The position numbers and the translations under genes are program-made. Under the pieces are notes generated by a model, which was given only the letters and a program-made list of their open reading frames with translations, did not search any database and was not told the origin of the DNA. A stretch of 63,979 bases of DNA, counting the filler, from Hausera hauseri (lineage: Eukaryota): the NCBI GenBank assembly GCA_046269625.1. It is 11 parts of 11 records of this genome, joined end to end, with 100 filler letters (N's around TTAATTAATTAA, not from the genome) between each part and the next. Parts side by side here need not be neighbours in the genome. Positions count along the whole stretch, not along the records: positions 59,988 to 63,979 come from JBJURY010834304.1; 10 more parts are not named here. One strand, written 5' to 3'. Of the stretch, positions 63,978 to 63,979 are shown piece by piece (positions within the stretch are counted from its first letter, which is position 1; the number at the start of each line of letters is the position of its first letter).

Positions 63978-63979
63978 TT

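Overview
This window is not one locus. It is a concatenation of 11 short contigs joined by artificial 100-nt linkers (44 N + TTAATTAATTAA + 44 N) at 4819, 9515, 14391, 19496, 26307, 34270, 38696, 44903, 50921 and 59888. At least three sources are mixed. (1) Fish-like (probably teleost) DNA at 4919-9514 and 45003-50920 carries a SAMD3-like gene with a Harbinger MITE, vmp1 exons and a USP42/USP17-like gene. (2) An AT-rich eukaryote, probably an invertebrate, with 39-48-nt introns contributes PICALM and METTL3 fragments and a mariner; many Gypsy and Polinton/adintovirus remnants may come from the same host. (3) A 3.2-kb bacterial segment (prc, greA, hypothetical gene, purH) lies without linkers between a Polinton packaging ATPase and a BovB/RTE-like tail. 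The main leads are: two large LTR-retrotransposon 3' modules with a shared layout (type-I membrane protein, splice acceptor, accessory ORFs, PPT, LTR), one with a catalytically dead REX4/ISG20-like DEDDh exonuclease and the other preceded by a chuvirus/gB-like class III glycoprotein; a dense virus-like cassette of RING, zinc-finger and IAP genes; the bacterial insert; a 1.4-kb TG..CA insertion with a 5-bp TSD that splits an integrase; and a 7-kb polypurine array with ~2.3-kb higher-order structure between Polinton-like flanks. All family assignments come from motif recognition by eye, with no database searches. Assembly or amplification chimeras cannot be excluded.
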